In this document: positions 28,736 through 42,388 of the stretch, in pieces | Layout of the letters: each line of letters starts with the position of its first letter | Position numbering within the stretch: the stretch's first letter is position 1 | NCBI RefSeq assembly: GCF_009834535.1 | Contig: NC_045696.1 | Location: 85,748,001 to 85,812,000, forward strand | Reading direction: 5' to 3' | Length of the DNA: 64,000 nt | Source: Camelus ferus | Taxonomy: Eukaryota | Notes under the pieces: generated by a model | The model's database searches: none | The model's input: the letters and a program-made list of their open reading frames with translations, nothing else | Told to the model about the DNA's origin: nothing | Position numbers and translations under genes: made by a program

Positions 28736-29449
28736 GTAAGTCTCAAAGTGATATGCTTTTAAATGTTCATTTTGATGATGGGAAATTTTGCCTTCATTAT
28801 AAAGTTGCATCCATTTAAAAAATGTGACAAGTTTTCATTTTTAATTTCTGTTTTTATCTATCTTAGGATTTTAAGTTACTTTATGGAGTTTAACATTGTT
28901 ATTTAAATTATATATATTTAATTACAATATTTAGTTTTGCCTTTTTGTTCATTGTAAAAGTCTTTGACAAGCATAGATATCTTTATTTATTAGATTATTA
29001 TTTTAATTAGTTAATAAATTCATAGATGTGTAAATTGCATCATATTTTTAACTATCTTAAATGATTATAGTGATTAAAATTAAAATTTTATTACTATAAA
29101 AGAAAACCAATATTAAAGCTTAAGTTAATTACTATCAAATTATTTAAGATAAGAATCTTAACATATAAATATTTCACAATTTATTTCAATTATTAAGTGT
29201 TTTTAATTTCATTTCATGAGACCCAAACTTGAGAATTCAGCACACCAAGGAAGTTAAAAAAAGAGTCATTTTTTTTTACTAATATCTAATTACACCATAG
29301 AAAATTTATGTTTGTATTTACTTAGTCAATTACAATTATCCTCATGGTTTAGATTTTTAAATCTTACTTCTTTTAATAGAGGGCTTTTAGGTATGTATTT
29401 GAAATATGTGTGTATAAAAAATTATAGTTTAGCTTCTATTATAGTTCAC

Positions 29450-30110
29450 TAGTTCTCAGACGTATTAAAGAATGTCCTATATGCCTTTATACATAGTATA
29501 TGAAACATCCAAATATCTCTAACTTAACTCCAAGAAGCTGTCTACTACATATGGATGTACTCTTACATTTGAAAATATGGAATCTGTGAAAAAAAAATCC
29601 TGTTCTTTTTAAAGTCTTATCTGTCTATAAAAATATAGATGATGACAATATATCTGCTCCACCATATAATGTATGTATGTATATGTATTGTCTTCCCCTT
29701 GTCAGTTGATGGTAATTTCATCTCTACAAGATGCCAAAAACTTTAGAGTTGACTCTCTTCTCTCACAGCCAAGGAGTTTCTCTTGGTAACACCTTGATCC
29801 AGGTTCTTTCATCAGCTCCAGTATTATTGTAACTACTTTTCATTTTAATTACTGTAGTAGCTCCCTAACAGATCTGTAGGTCAAAAGCTCTTGGCAGTCC
29901 CTTTTTACATTCTATTTACTACCTAGCAGATAGAGTAATCCTTTTAAAAGATGACTCAAATCATCACACCTCTGTTCAAAATCTTCTAATGATTCTCCAT
30001 TTTACCCAGTTAGGAGCCACAGTCTTTACCGAGAAATAGAGTGGTCACCATGTCCCCCTGTACATTTTAAGCACATCAGCCTTCTTGTTCTTTCTCAAAG
30101 CCTAAGCACA
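29450..30110 (+). mobile_element. L2 fragment
   Basis: cagatagagtaatccttttaaaagatgactcaaatcatcacacctctgttcaaaatcttctaatg motif; approximate bounds. Confidence 0.5.
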
Positions 30111-31171
30111 CTAGGTTGAGCTCTGCCATAAGAATAGGTTACAAGCATTTACCTCATAGAAATTCTATAAGAGTGGATTTCAGCAGAACTAAATTTTTTA
30201 TAATTTTCAGTTAAAGAATGTTGTTGAGATAATATCTCTATTTGTAGCACATGGGACTTCTAAGGTTATTATTATTTCTCAAATTTTATAAATATTCCAA
30301 ATGCATTCCTTTCTTTCTACTTGCAAAAATGTATATTGATAATTTACTTCATATAAGATGTTTAAAAATACGAGTCGTGATTTAATCAATCTGACATCTG
30401 TATACTTACATGTGTTAAAAAATTAAAAATCAGAATTTTCTGAATAATGAATCAGACATGCAAACAATAAAATGACTTTCAATTCAGATTCTGATTCAAA
30501 TTTTATTTCTTAGTTTTAAGATTTTAAGAAAATTAATGTTACTGAATATACTGCACATCAATTCTAGGATTCCCTTTATATTTTTCACTCTTATTTCTTT
30601 CTAATTATTTTAGTTATAATCTTTAGTTTACTGTTAAAGAAACATGTTGATATAAAGTTTTGTTACATATATGATGCAGAAAATAGTTGTTTTCTTCCAT
30701 TTTCCTTGTTAAAATTTATTTGAATCTTTAACATGTCTCCACAGTCACTCTTTCTTTCTTCAAATAATTTTTAAAAATTGAAAGATGCAAAAGAAAATTG
30801 TGGATTGTTGTATTCCTGAGATAAACTGAATGTTATATGGTTTACTAGAAAGAGATAAAATATCATTCAAAACAACAAATTTAGAATTATATGTATTTTA
30901 CTGTAAGCTTTGCATTCTCTGAATTTCCATAAATATTTAGCAGTATTTGAAAAATCGAACTAGGCGAATATGTACTCATTATCTTTAATTCCTCAGAAAA
31001 TAGGCTACCAAAATTGTTTCATTTGAAGATAATTAAAAATATAATCTATTTAATTTGCTTCCTTAGTAATTTCTGTTTTTTTCAAATTTCCTGTGTTGTA
31101 TAACTATAAAAATAAAACAGAGAATTTAACATTACATTTTGTTCTGATAACTTTATTTTTTCCTATTTCAG

Positions 31172-31221
31172 ATACTATACAAAATGGCAACTACATTTTA
31201 TATACATTTTCAGTTTCTAAT
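31172..31221 (+). CDS. SI: SI exon 23
   Basis: ttcag|...|gtaagc; 50 nt; TIQNGNYILYTFSVSN. Confidence 0.93.
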
Positions 31222-31926
31222 GTAAGCATTGTCCTTGGACACATAGTTAAATATATACCTTGTTTATATCTGGGTTATGCCTTTATTATGGACCTTCCTT
31301 GGAAAGATGTTTCATTTATCTCCAGAATTCGATGCAAAGAAATGCAGTGAACTGTTAAATTGCTAAATTATAAATAAATTACTGTAACTTATAAAATTTG
31401 AATATAATAGATGAGTTTCTGATAATGAAATTGATTCACGGAAATATTTAGACTTCTTGTAGCGCTATGTCTGATTTAAGCAACATGTCCTAGGAAAATA
31501 ATTTTTGAAAATGTTTTAATTTATCAATCACTGCAATATTTTGTCATGGATTTGGAGTGAAAATAGTAAAACTATGCACAAGGTTAAATTTTGAATAATT
31601 AGTAGCAGTGATTTTTGTAGATGTTGGATTTCTTCATACATTCTTTTTTGCCAAAGCTAAGTTATTCTTCACTAATGTTAGGGCTAGAATGAGAAGGGAT
31701 AAACACGAGTTGAATCATGCATAATTTCGATTATCTCTGAAAAAAAATTTAATGACATGTATACCAAAAATTTGAAAAGAGTTAACTAATAAGTATAATT
31801 TATATAGGGTACTTGAATGTGGAAAGCTGTTGAGAATGGAGGGTTAAATGATTGGTCCTTTTCCTATTATACTATATTATTAAATACTAAGTAATGCTAT
31901 AATTAAATACTAAATACAAAATAACA

Positions 31927-32140
31927 CTAAATTACTAGTAATATCAAATATCAAATAAATAAATTCTAATTTATGTGTAGGATAGAATATTTTATTAGAA
32001 TTTTGTCTAATTCCTAAGTCCTCTGGCCTAGAATTTTTCACTTAGCAATTTTCATAAAAATATGTTTGGTTAATTACTTTTTTATTCAGTAAATATGCTA
32101 TAATTTCTATATTTCTAGGACTGTAAGATTTAATCAATAT
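31927..32140 (+). repeat. Diverged local direct repeat, copy 1 (3' end of intron 23)
   Basis: Aligns by eye with 33139-33405. Confidence 0.8.
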
Positions 32141-32207
32141 AAATGTACACTTGTGCTATTTGTATTCTATGACTTTCTACTTGATATATTATATTCCTTT
32201 TTTTCAG

Positions 32208-32378
32208 AACAAATTAGATATTATATGCACACATTCATCATACCAGGAAGGAACCACTTTAGCATTTGAGACTATAAAAATCCTTGGGTTAATAGACACT
32301 GTTACAGAAGTGACAGTGGTGGAGGATAATCAACCAATGACAGCTCACTACAATTTCACTTATGATGCTTCTAACCAG
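32208..32378 (+). CDS. SI: SI exon 24
   Basis: ttcag|...|gtaatc; 171 nt; [27 protein letters not shown]...NFTYDASNQ. Confidence 0.95.
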
Positions 32379-33138
32379 GTAATCTTTTTAAGATACAATC
32401 TTTTAAGATATTTTAGCTGTCACATACTGTTAAATTTAACATTGTATAACCATTCAGGCTCTTGACTTTGTGATTTTTTTTCTTCATGATATATCCTTCT
32501 TTTCGATCCCTTTTGCTGCTGACATTCCAATATTTGGTCATTTCAATTTATGTTACCATGTCAAACTTAAGGGAAATCCATACTAATTCTCTCTTTCTCT
32601 TTCATTTTATCTTGGCTGTCACCAGTGAATGACTTCCTAATATTTTTATACCATTTCCCTAACCCTGAATTGTAACTTACCTATTGCATACAATAAAAAT
32701 CTACATGTTTCAGTTTCTCATTTAAGACTTCTCTAAGGTGTTGATTTAATCTGTTTCTTCAGTCAGTCTTCCTGCTTCTCCTTTCATGAACTCTCTCTTC
32801 TTTGATACATCTAGTGCTTTTTTTCCCCAAAATTTTGTTTACACTCTTCCCTTCTAGTAATCCTTTTCTTATCCTGTAATTTTTGCTTCTTTCAGCAGGT
32901 GTACTAAAGAGGGAAAAGGAATGGCAGAATTGGGCTGAAATTCCAGCCCTGCAGTCAGTGCATTTAAGCATAATAAATTAATCTCTTGTTATCTCACCTT
33001 CCTCATCTGTAAAATGTAATATTTAATAATAAATGTTATTGGGTAATAAATTAATGTATTTTAAATGTTAGACAAAAATAATTTAAACATTGGAAGTGAT
33101 TTTCATTGGTATTTGCTTTGCTACCATTCATATAATTC

Positions 33139-33330
33139 CTAATTATTAGTAATATCAGCATAAGTACTAAATTGCGATACAGAACATTTTCTATGGAGTA
33201 TTTCTGTCTAACTCCTAAGCCTTCTGGCTCAGAGTTTTTCACTTAAAAATTTTCATAAGAATATGTATTGGTTAACTATTTTTTTATTTAGTAAAGACAC
33301 TGTAATGTGTATATATATATATACACACAT

Positions 33331-33362
<32 letters not shown>

Positions 33363-33405
33363 TTATATATATATATTCCTAGGACTGTAAGAAATAATCA
33401 GTGTA
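33139..33405 (+). repeat. Diverged local direct repeat, copy 2 (intron 24), with an internal (TA)n/(CA)n expansion
   Basis: Shares tgtctaa.tcctaag...tttttcactta...ttttcataa.aatatgt...tggttaa...ctaggactgtaaga with copy 1. Confidence 0.8.
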
Positions 33406-33752
33406 ACTTAAATAATACAGGCTTATTGAGAACTTTATGACTCTAACAAAGATTATCAAGAGGGCATAATACAAAGTATTTTGGTTTGGTTTTTATAATC
33501 TCAGTTTATATTTTCTATTTTTATGCTTATGTAGAAATTTACACAGTTGTAGATACATGTTTCTAATTCTGCTGTGCTTAGACTGATATTTATATGAATT
33601 TTTATTCCTAAATTATTAAAGTTAAGTTAAATATAAATAAGTAAGCTATGCATATTATTCCCAAGGCATATAAACAATAACCAAACAAAAATTTACAATA
33701 TTCCAATACTGGAAATAACTGTGTACTAGAATTTGTGTCTGTGTGTGTGTAA

Positions 33753-33756
<4 letters not shown>

Positions 33757-33800
<44 letters not shown>
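33757..33800. repeat. (AT)22 microsatellite
   Basis: Read directly. Confidence 0.95.
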
Positions 33801-33802
<2 letters not shown>

Positions 33803-34014
33803 TCCATATATAGAATGTGTGTATTCTATCCTCTTAATTTTTTTCTTTTTGTATAATACCGTATTATCTTCCCTCTAACTTGTCTCTCAAATATTTATAA
33901 GCAGTGGATAAAACTACAGAAATAAATAAATAAATATTCTCCTCCTCTGACTCTGGGAGCTTCCAAATAAACCGGAGCAGTCAATTTTTTCTTCGGTTTT
34001 TCTTCCTTGTGGGA

Positions 34015-34235
34015 ATTAACATTTATTTCATACCGAGTATGCCCCAGGCATTGTGCTAGATGTATTAAATTTTATGTATTCTTTCTATATAGCAACCTAT
34101 TTTAGTAGGGATCTTTATCCCCATTTGACAGGGGGAGGAAATTGAAGATGAAATAGGATAAACAATTTCCCTAAAGAATCATGAGCACTAAATGGCAGAA
34201 CTGAGAATTGAACTCATGTCTGCATTTCAAGACAA
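34015..34235 (-). mobile_element. MIR SINE
   Basis: aacatttat...ccaggcattgtgctag...tatccccatttgacag...gaggaaattgaag...aatggcagaactgagaattgaactc. Confidence 0.75.
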
Positions 34236-34475
34236 TGTTTTTCATCAGTATTCTACAATTTCACAGTTTTCCTGTCTTGAGATTCTAGCTATTTCAGTGG
34301 CATGGCATTTTTTCTCCTTTCTAGTCTTTTCGTTTAATATTATATTAAAATTATTCACGATTTGATTTGAAAAACTTCTGTGGGGTTGCTGAATTTTATG
34401 AATATTAAGTATTTTTAAATTGTCCAGTAGTCACAAATACTCTTTAATGTTGTTTTTTTTTTTTTGTCTTCAAAG

Positions 34476-34631
34476 AATCTCCTAATTTATAATCTCAAGT
34501 TTAACCTTGGAAGAAACTTTACTGTTCAATGGGATCAAACTTTATTGGAAATTGAAAAATTTACTTGTTATCCAGATGCAGGAACTGCAACTAAAGAAAG
34601 CTGCGAGGATCGTGGCTGTTTATGGCAAACG
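34476..34631 (+). CDS. SI: SI exon 25 (end of isomaltase domain, start of trefoil 2)
   Basis: caaag|...|gtaata; 156 nt; NLLIYNLKFNLGRNFTVQWDQ...CYPDAGTATKESCEDRGCLWQT. Confidence 0.95.
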
Positions 34632-35244
34632 GTAATAAGAATTTTAATTATTCGTGACATAGCTGTCAATGTAAACTTTACATAGTTTAATTTTAATTCT
34701 ACTGCATGTAAATTAAATTCATCTAGAGAAGCATCTGAAATTTGAAATCAAGACTTTTGAAATTAGGAAATTAAGGATTACATAGAATCTATGCCACCAG
34801 AGAAATCGCCCCCATCCCTCTCCGTTGCTTGATAAAGCAGCATAATCTTTACCATTATGAACGTTTATGGAAGAATTGAAGAAAAGAAGTGAGGAAGGGA
34901 AAGAATTCTGAAATCAATAAAAGCCAAATAGTGAAGTATTTTTCCAATATACCACCAATATCTTCTCTTTAAATTGCAGCTCTTCATTCAACTCCATACC
35001 CATCCCCCATTGCATTCAGTCCAAGGTCATTTATTTCCATTATCAAAACGAATCTAAAGGATGGGTACTAAAGTTCAAATAACCTCTAACGAGAAAACTG
35101 TGAAAAATTTATTTTTTCCACTACTATTAGTGTTCAGCACCTTATAGATTTTTAGGTCAAATAAATGAAGCTTTAACATTAGAAGTCCATTAAATATGAT
35201 GATTTAAGGTACAGATAAAACTTATGTTTCTTTAGACTTTACTG

Positions 35245-37400
35245 TTGATTCATTGATTCATTTAAAAAATATTTGAGAACTACTATCTTCTAGGCACTGT
35301 TCTAGGTGAAAAAAACAAGCAAAAACCCTCTTCTCTGAAAGAGCTTATATTCTAGTGTGGAAAAAAAAAACAAATAATCTAAAAATTATCTGTTATGTTG
35401 GATAAGTATTACAGAGAAAGATAAAGCAGGAAAGGGGAAAGGCAGGAGGTGGAGAATGGCAATGATGTAATTTTAATGATTGTACAGAGAAAGTTTCTTT
35501 GAGAAGGTGGCATTTATTAGAAGAGATGAAGGAAAGAAAAGAAAGAACAATATTTAAGAGGAAAAAAAACCAAAAACCTGAAGTACATCTGAAGTAAGAA
35601 TGTACCTGGTATAGTCCACAAACAGCAAGGAACAGCAGAAGATGATATTATAGACATATGGAAACAGATAATGTAGACCAGTCACTTAGACCATTTTTAG
35701 GATTATTATTTTTACTGTGAAATAGAATGCTAATGGGGAGTTTTGAAGATGAATAAGAAGATTAATTTCCATCTTAATGGGACCATAATGGCTTCTGTGA
35801 TGAGAACAGACTGAAGACTAAGACAGGGAGACCAGGAAAGAGGCATTTCAGTTATCAAAGTAAAGTATTGGTAGACCGAGCCAGAGTGGTAGTGGTTGAA
35901 TTAGTAATAAGTGATTGACTTTTGTGCATGTTTTTGAGATAAAGCCATAAAGGGCTGTTACTTGATTGGATGTGGAATATGAGAGGAGAGAAGAGTAAAA
36001 GTGACTTGAAGTTCTTGGTTTAAACAACTGGAAAAAAAGAAGTAACAAAGATAGATCAGACTGGGGTGGGAAGGGACAAACATGGAGGGAAAGAGTTATG
36101 TTTTGGACAAATTAAGGTTGAGATGCTCAAATACAAATCCAAGTACAATTTTTCAATTGTGAGATATAAACCAAGGAAATTGAACATTTTATATCACTGG
36201 TAAGATAAAAAATTTAGATTCAACATATATACAGCATTGAAAGTCATGTAATAGGATGACATCATGAAAGGAATGAGCTTGGATAGAAAAGGGGAAAAGT
36301 TCAAAAACTAAACCCTGAGTCATCCAATATTCAGCCTCAAGCAAATGATAAGGAACCAAAACAATTGAGAACAAATTGTTAAAGAAATAGGTTGAAAGCA
36401 AAGAAAATGTTGGTTCCTGGAAGCAAAGTGAACACGGCATTTCAAGACAGAAAATTATCAACTGTGCAAATTATGCTTATAAATCAATAAGATAAGAACT
36501 GGAAGCTAACATTTATTATTTGGCAACATGGAAGTCTTTGGTAACTTTTATGAGAGAAATATTGATGGAGTCATGGGAGTAAAAGCCTGGTCAGATTGAG
36601 AATGAGATTCAACTGAGAATGAAGAGACAAATTGGAGCTAATGAGTATGGTGAACCTTTTGTATTTTACCCTAAGGAAAGCATGAAGAATAGAGCAGTAG
36701 TTGGAGAAATAAATGAGGTGACAGTTTCTCTTAAGATGGGAGAAATAAAATTGGTTTTTTCCATTGAGAATAACCTCTAGTGAATGGAACATTAGTGATG
36801 CAGGAGAGTTAAGACTTGCAGAAGAAATGTCTGTTGGCAAGAAGACATGGGATTGGGTGCACACATGACATGGTTCACTTTAGAACTTAGATAGAAGCAC
36901 AAGCAGTACATATTTTGTAACAGGAGATAAAGAAATGGGTGGGTAGATGTGGTGTTTTGCTCTGACTTTTGTTCTGATTGTTTTCCTTTTCATACTACAA
37001 TAACTAAGAAAATCATTAAGGGATGATGAGAATAGGGAAGACTTTTTGTTGTTGGAGAAGAAAGAAAATGTTACCCAAAAATGAATGAACTAGGCAAATA
37101 CAGTATGATTGGATCTTTTGGACAAACTCTTAACTTTCATGATTACATAAAGGGAAAGCAGTCTGCATGATTGTATGCATTTTTCAAGCCACATTCAGCC
37201 ACACTACTGCAGGTACTGAGAACGTTGAGGATAGGTTTTTTTTCCAGTATTGTTGTTCTGCAACTGAGCACAAGAATGCAAGTGAGGGGCATAGGGATTG
37301 AGATTATATGAAAAAGGGTGATTTGGAAAAGAAAGAAGCTTGTTGAGGAAGGAGGTGACGATATCAAGGAGTGAGGGTTAAATTACAGTTGTGTGGTTAC
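35245..37400 (-). mobile_element. L2 LINE, long degraded fragment
   Basis: Starts attcattgattcattt...ctaggcactgttctagg...gagcttatattctagtg (L2 3' end, reversed); purine-rich body. Confidence 0.7.
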
Positions 37401-39148
37401 TCTGGTCGTGGTCACTCAGCACATGACCCTTAATTTACCTATTCTGATAGGAAAACACACTAAAGAAAAAAAGTTAATCTTTTTGAAGGTTTAATATAGC
37501 AAAGAATTGTTGATACTTCCTAAATATTGATAATTTTAGAAAAATTTTATTTAGAACTTCCCAGTATCTCTCTGATTCTTCAAAATCATCTCTGTATTCA
37601 CCTAATTTCACATTTGTACTAAAGCTGACATCAGATCACATTAACTGTAAGGTTTCTATTGCTCTAATGCCATCTAAAAACCTTCGATTTAAAAATCTCA
37701 GAAATGATATTACAAGAGATAACTACTTCTCAAACATATAGATGTATGGAAAAGAGCAAGTTTGAACATTTAGAAAGAGAGAGAAAATACAATGATGCTT
37801 TTTAAATTTAATCAGTTAGATATTACTTGGGTAAGACAAATTTTTAAGGAATTATCTATTGACTACTTAGCCTATAGCAGTTATTACAGTTTCCACATTT
37901 AACGAGTAAGATTATTTTCATCCTAACTAAAAATATCAATGCTGATAAACTATCAAGAAAGATAAATAAGAATACTTATAAAATGATAACGGGAAAGAAA
38001 TAATGGGCAGAAAGGTAGCTACGAGGGCGATATATGCCGACTTTGCAATTTTCTTAAGTCTGTCCTTTTCCTGGTTCCACTGGCACTCAATTTCATGCAT
38101 TTGGAATGAGTACTGTAGTATTCCCATCAGTTAAGGACTGCTTGAAGCTGAGAGTATTGGAAACATAAAATTTGATTTGGTTAAACAAAATAAGATTTAC
38201 TTTTTTCTTACAAAAAAAAACCAAAAAACGAATTCCAGGCCTAATATTCTGTTACCTCAATGTCATGTGTCTCCTATTTATCATTTGTCTTTCATCCTCA
38301 AAGTTTTATTATGCCATTAAATATGCATTCCAGGCCTGGAAGGTAGAAGGCCAAAGAGCATCGTAACTTAATCAGCTTATACCCTTTTCTTTTACAAAGG
38401 TCTGTGTTGGGGCTGGGAGGTGACGGGGAGGGGGGTCACATACAACTTCCTTAAAAGAGACTGGGAAATGTAGGTGGGCATATTGCTCCTCCCAACAATA
38501 TATTAATTTCATAAATAAGAAGATGATAGAATGGATTGTGGTGAGGCAACCAGGCATCAGTGCCATAATGTATCATTCTTTTTCAGAGATCCTAGCTTCC
38601 ACCGCTATACAAAAGCTCTGATCTTTGATTGTAGTTCCTATTTTAAATACTGGTCAGGATGTAATTAACCAATATAAAGCCCAGTCATGAAATAAGGAAT
38701 CATACAGTTTGATTTGAACTGAAAGAAAAGAACTTTAAATTCATGACCTTCTAGGTTTGTTGTAGAGACATTTCACAGATAAAAATGGCAATAATCCATA
38801 CTAAGTGTAAAAACAAGCATGGGATCAAAATTTATGAGTAATACACTTAATTACTTTCAAAGGCAAAACAGTTATTCTATATTCTGAGTTGAAAAATTGT
38901 GGCATTTGATTGTTCTGCTCTACTGGCCTATCTTTAGGGTCAAAATACAAATATTCTATTTAACATTTTAGTACATAGTGTGTCATGTTGTATAATAAAT
39001 ATTTTGTGTTATGACTGCAGTTTCATTTTAGCATTAAACAATAAAAAGTGTAAGTCATACAACATGTAATTAAACATGTCTACTTTATTTTTTTATTTAA
39101 ATATTACAGTGCTTACATTTTCTGGCAATGAACATGTATTGTTTTTAG

Positions 39149-39355
39149 GCTCCTTTCGGATCCAAAGCACCTGAATGTTACTTTCCTAAAGAAGACAACT
39201 CTTATTTAGTCCATTCAACTCAGTACTCATCAGTGGGTATAACAGCTGACCTCCAGCTAAATACTGTAAATGCTCGAACAAAGCTACCTTCTGATCCCAT
39301 CCCAGCTCTTCGTGTAGAGGTGAAATATCACAAAGATGATATGCTGCAGTTTAAG
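39149..39355 (+). CDS. SI: SI exon 26 (contains the pro-SI cleavage Arg)
   Basis: tttag|...|gtatca; 207 nt; [17 protein letters not shown]...[29 protein letters not shown]. Confidence 0.95.
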
Positions 39356-39724
39356 GTATCATTTATAAACTATTACAATGGATGATTCATCTCTCAAGGC
39401 AAGAGATCTTTAAATAGGTTAGGTGCTTGGATTTTTAATGTAATATTAAGGATTATTAATTGGGTTGATGACATTTTGTTTCTATAAAAATAAAGCTTTT
39501 TTTGCTACAGAGCTTATAGCTAGATGCACGATAAATAAAACTTTTCATTTTTTGCTAACTTGAGAATAATTAGGCAGATAGTGGTGTTTTTTTAAAATTA
39601 TTTAATTCTTGATAAATCAACTAATCACTTAGAATTGGACTATATTGGTTGTCCTATTAAAATAAATGATTCAGAAAAAAAAATGCAACAGGATGCTTAC
39701 TGTTTTCCATTGTTTTTAAGTAGT

Positions 39725-41390
39725 GATATGAATTTTCTGACCAGTGCAATAAGAAATACAAGAGAGAATTTCTTTCAATAGTTACACTTAGCAATTATGT
39801 TTTACTTAAGAGCTCTGAGGAAATCCACTGAGAAAACTACTTAGAAATGGTAAGAAAGATCAGCAAAATTACTGGATATAAAATAGTTATCTGCAAAAAA
39901 TGTTTTACTGTAGACAATTACTCACCATTTAAAAGCTGAAATGTTGGCAGATCCCATTTGCAAAATCAAATGAGAAAATCAGTCCAACAAACAACAAAAA
40001 TATCAAAAATCATAGGGATAATTTGACTGTTTGTAAGAAAAAAAAACTATTAAAAAATGTTGATAGGTATTAAATAAGTACCAAAAAAATCCAAAGAAAA
40101 AAATCCAACTGAATTGCTTTAAAGTTAAGTAATTTTAGATCAATTGTTGCTTCTAAAGTATTTCCATAGACTCTTGGTAAAATATTCTTTGAGACTTAAT
40201 AGAATAACCTTTAAGTAAAATAAACATGACAATGGCAATAGTTAAAACTTAAAAACAAGTGAAGATGCTAAAATGTACAAAATTAAAACACTATGGAGCT
40301 GCAGGTAGAAATACCTGATAGTTTATTGAAAAAAGGATGTCATAGGAGATGTAATATATATTATTTTTAATAAATATATATGTTTACACATAAAATAAAT
40401 CAAACATAAGCCCAGATAAAAAAAATTAGCTGCATATTTATCTTGTATCTGCCTAGTAAAGGACTTTCAAATTACAGATACAAAGGAAAAATCCCATGGA
40501 TAAAATCTATCTTGTATTACATAAAAATTTAAAATATTTCAACATCAATAAACACCAGAGACAATTAGAAGGCAAACAAAAAATGGATAAGTATCTGACA
40601 CATATATGACAAATGGAAAACAATTTCAACTCATACAATCATGAAAAATATTAAGACCTCAAAAGCAGACATTCAACAGAAGAAGAAATAAAATTTGGAA
40701 CAAAATGTTAAAATACACTTATAAAAATGAAAAGAACAAAGCCAGATACAAAGAATAGGAAAACTAAATGTTGAATAATCATGTAGCAAAAGGTTTATCC
40801 TCATCAGCAAGAAAATAAATAACAATTTTAGAAATAAAAATGCTTTTTAATTTAACATAAAATAGTATTAAAGAATGCATTTGGGTGAGAGTATTAATTA
40901 GTACACTAATTCTGGAAAACAGTTTACCAACAGATATCATAGATCCTACAAATGTTAGTATACTCTGACCTAATACCTTCACTTCTAAGTAATGTACTGG
41001 GGAAAGACATAAATGAACATAAATTAGCATTAGCATTCATTGTAAGATCATACATAATAGCAAAAATATTGAAACAATTTTTTGTCTAATCATTAGATGG
41101 TAAATAACTTTGTATATCCAATATAAGAGAATGTTAGCTCTAAAAGTTATGTTTTTGAAAATTTCTCATTGTATGGAAAAATAAATTATAAAACATTAAA
41201 ACAGATAAAATGCAGTACATAATTTGATTCCATTACATGTCGATGTATGCATCTGGAATTCTATATAGATATATGGGCCATGGAGACTGAATTAGGAATT
41301 ATATAAATAAGAATTCTAAATATTCTTGTTTGAACCATTATTTAAATTATTTAATAATATGTACACAATATGTCAGCAATAAGAACAAAA
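39725..41390 (+). mobile_element. Old, degraded L1 (L1M-type) relic
   Basis: ccagtgcaataagaaa...aaaactacttagaaatggtaagaaagatcagcaaaattactggatataaaa ORF2-like segments. Confidence 0.6.
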
Positions 41391-41421
41391 CATATCTGTT
41401 GTCATTATTTCTCTGTGATAG

Positions 41422-41577
<156 letters not shown>

Positions 41578-42219
41578 TAAGTGACTGAATTATTTGACAT
41601 GAAGTATACTTTGATTTTAGCTTAGGAGGGAAAAAATTAGACATTATTTTCAGACTCTACAGTGCTAAAGTGTCATCAAACCAAAGGTCGTTTTAGGTGT
41701 ATTAAAGAACTTGGGTTATTTTAACATTTAAAACTGAAACATAGCAAACCTGTGAATTACCATTAAGGATTGGTCTAAAATTTCATTTACACTTTGGATA
41801 TGGTTGATTTCATTACTAAATATCAGACCCATTTTTCTAATCAAGTGGGGAACAGAAACTGAGAATCCTATTGAAAAAGCATGATAAGCGCTGGCAAAAT
41901 AGTAATGGAAATGTGTTATATAAATAATTTACTAGAACTGTTGAAATTGGAGGGATTTTTGGTCCTGGAATTTGATACAATTAAAACTATCTCTGCCAGG
42001 AATTGAGAAAAATAGATATCCAATATATTTCTTAACTTAGCCAAAAAAATGTATTGAAATAATTATCCATTTCCATTTGTATCTGGGTATGATAAGGTAT
42101 ATAGAGAAAAATACTATTGCTTTTCATATCACCTAACAAAGAAATACCATTATTATTTCTGATACTACTTGTATGTGTTTACAGAAATATAATTGTTTTT
42201 TGTTTTGTTTTGTTTTCAG

Positions 42220-42388
42220 CTGGGATTCTCGCCTACCTGGATTTGCTTTTAATAACCAATTCATTCAAATATCTACGCGCCTGCCATCAGAATATGTATA
42301 TGGTTTTGGGGAAGTGGAACACACAGCATTTAAGCGAGATCTGAACTGGCATACTTGGGGAATGTTCACAAGAGAACAACCCCCTGGT
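42220..42388 (+). CDS. SI: SI exon 28
   Basis: ttcag|...|gtaggt; 169 nt; [25 protein letters not shown]...[11 protein letters not shown]. Confidence 0.95.
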
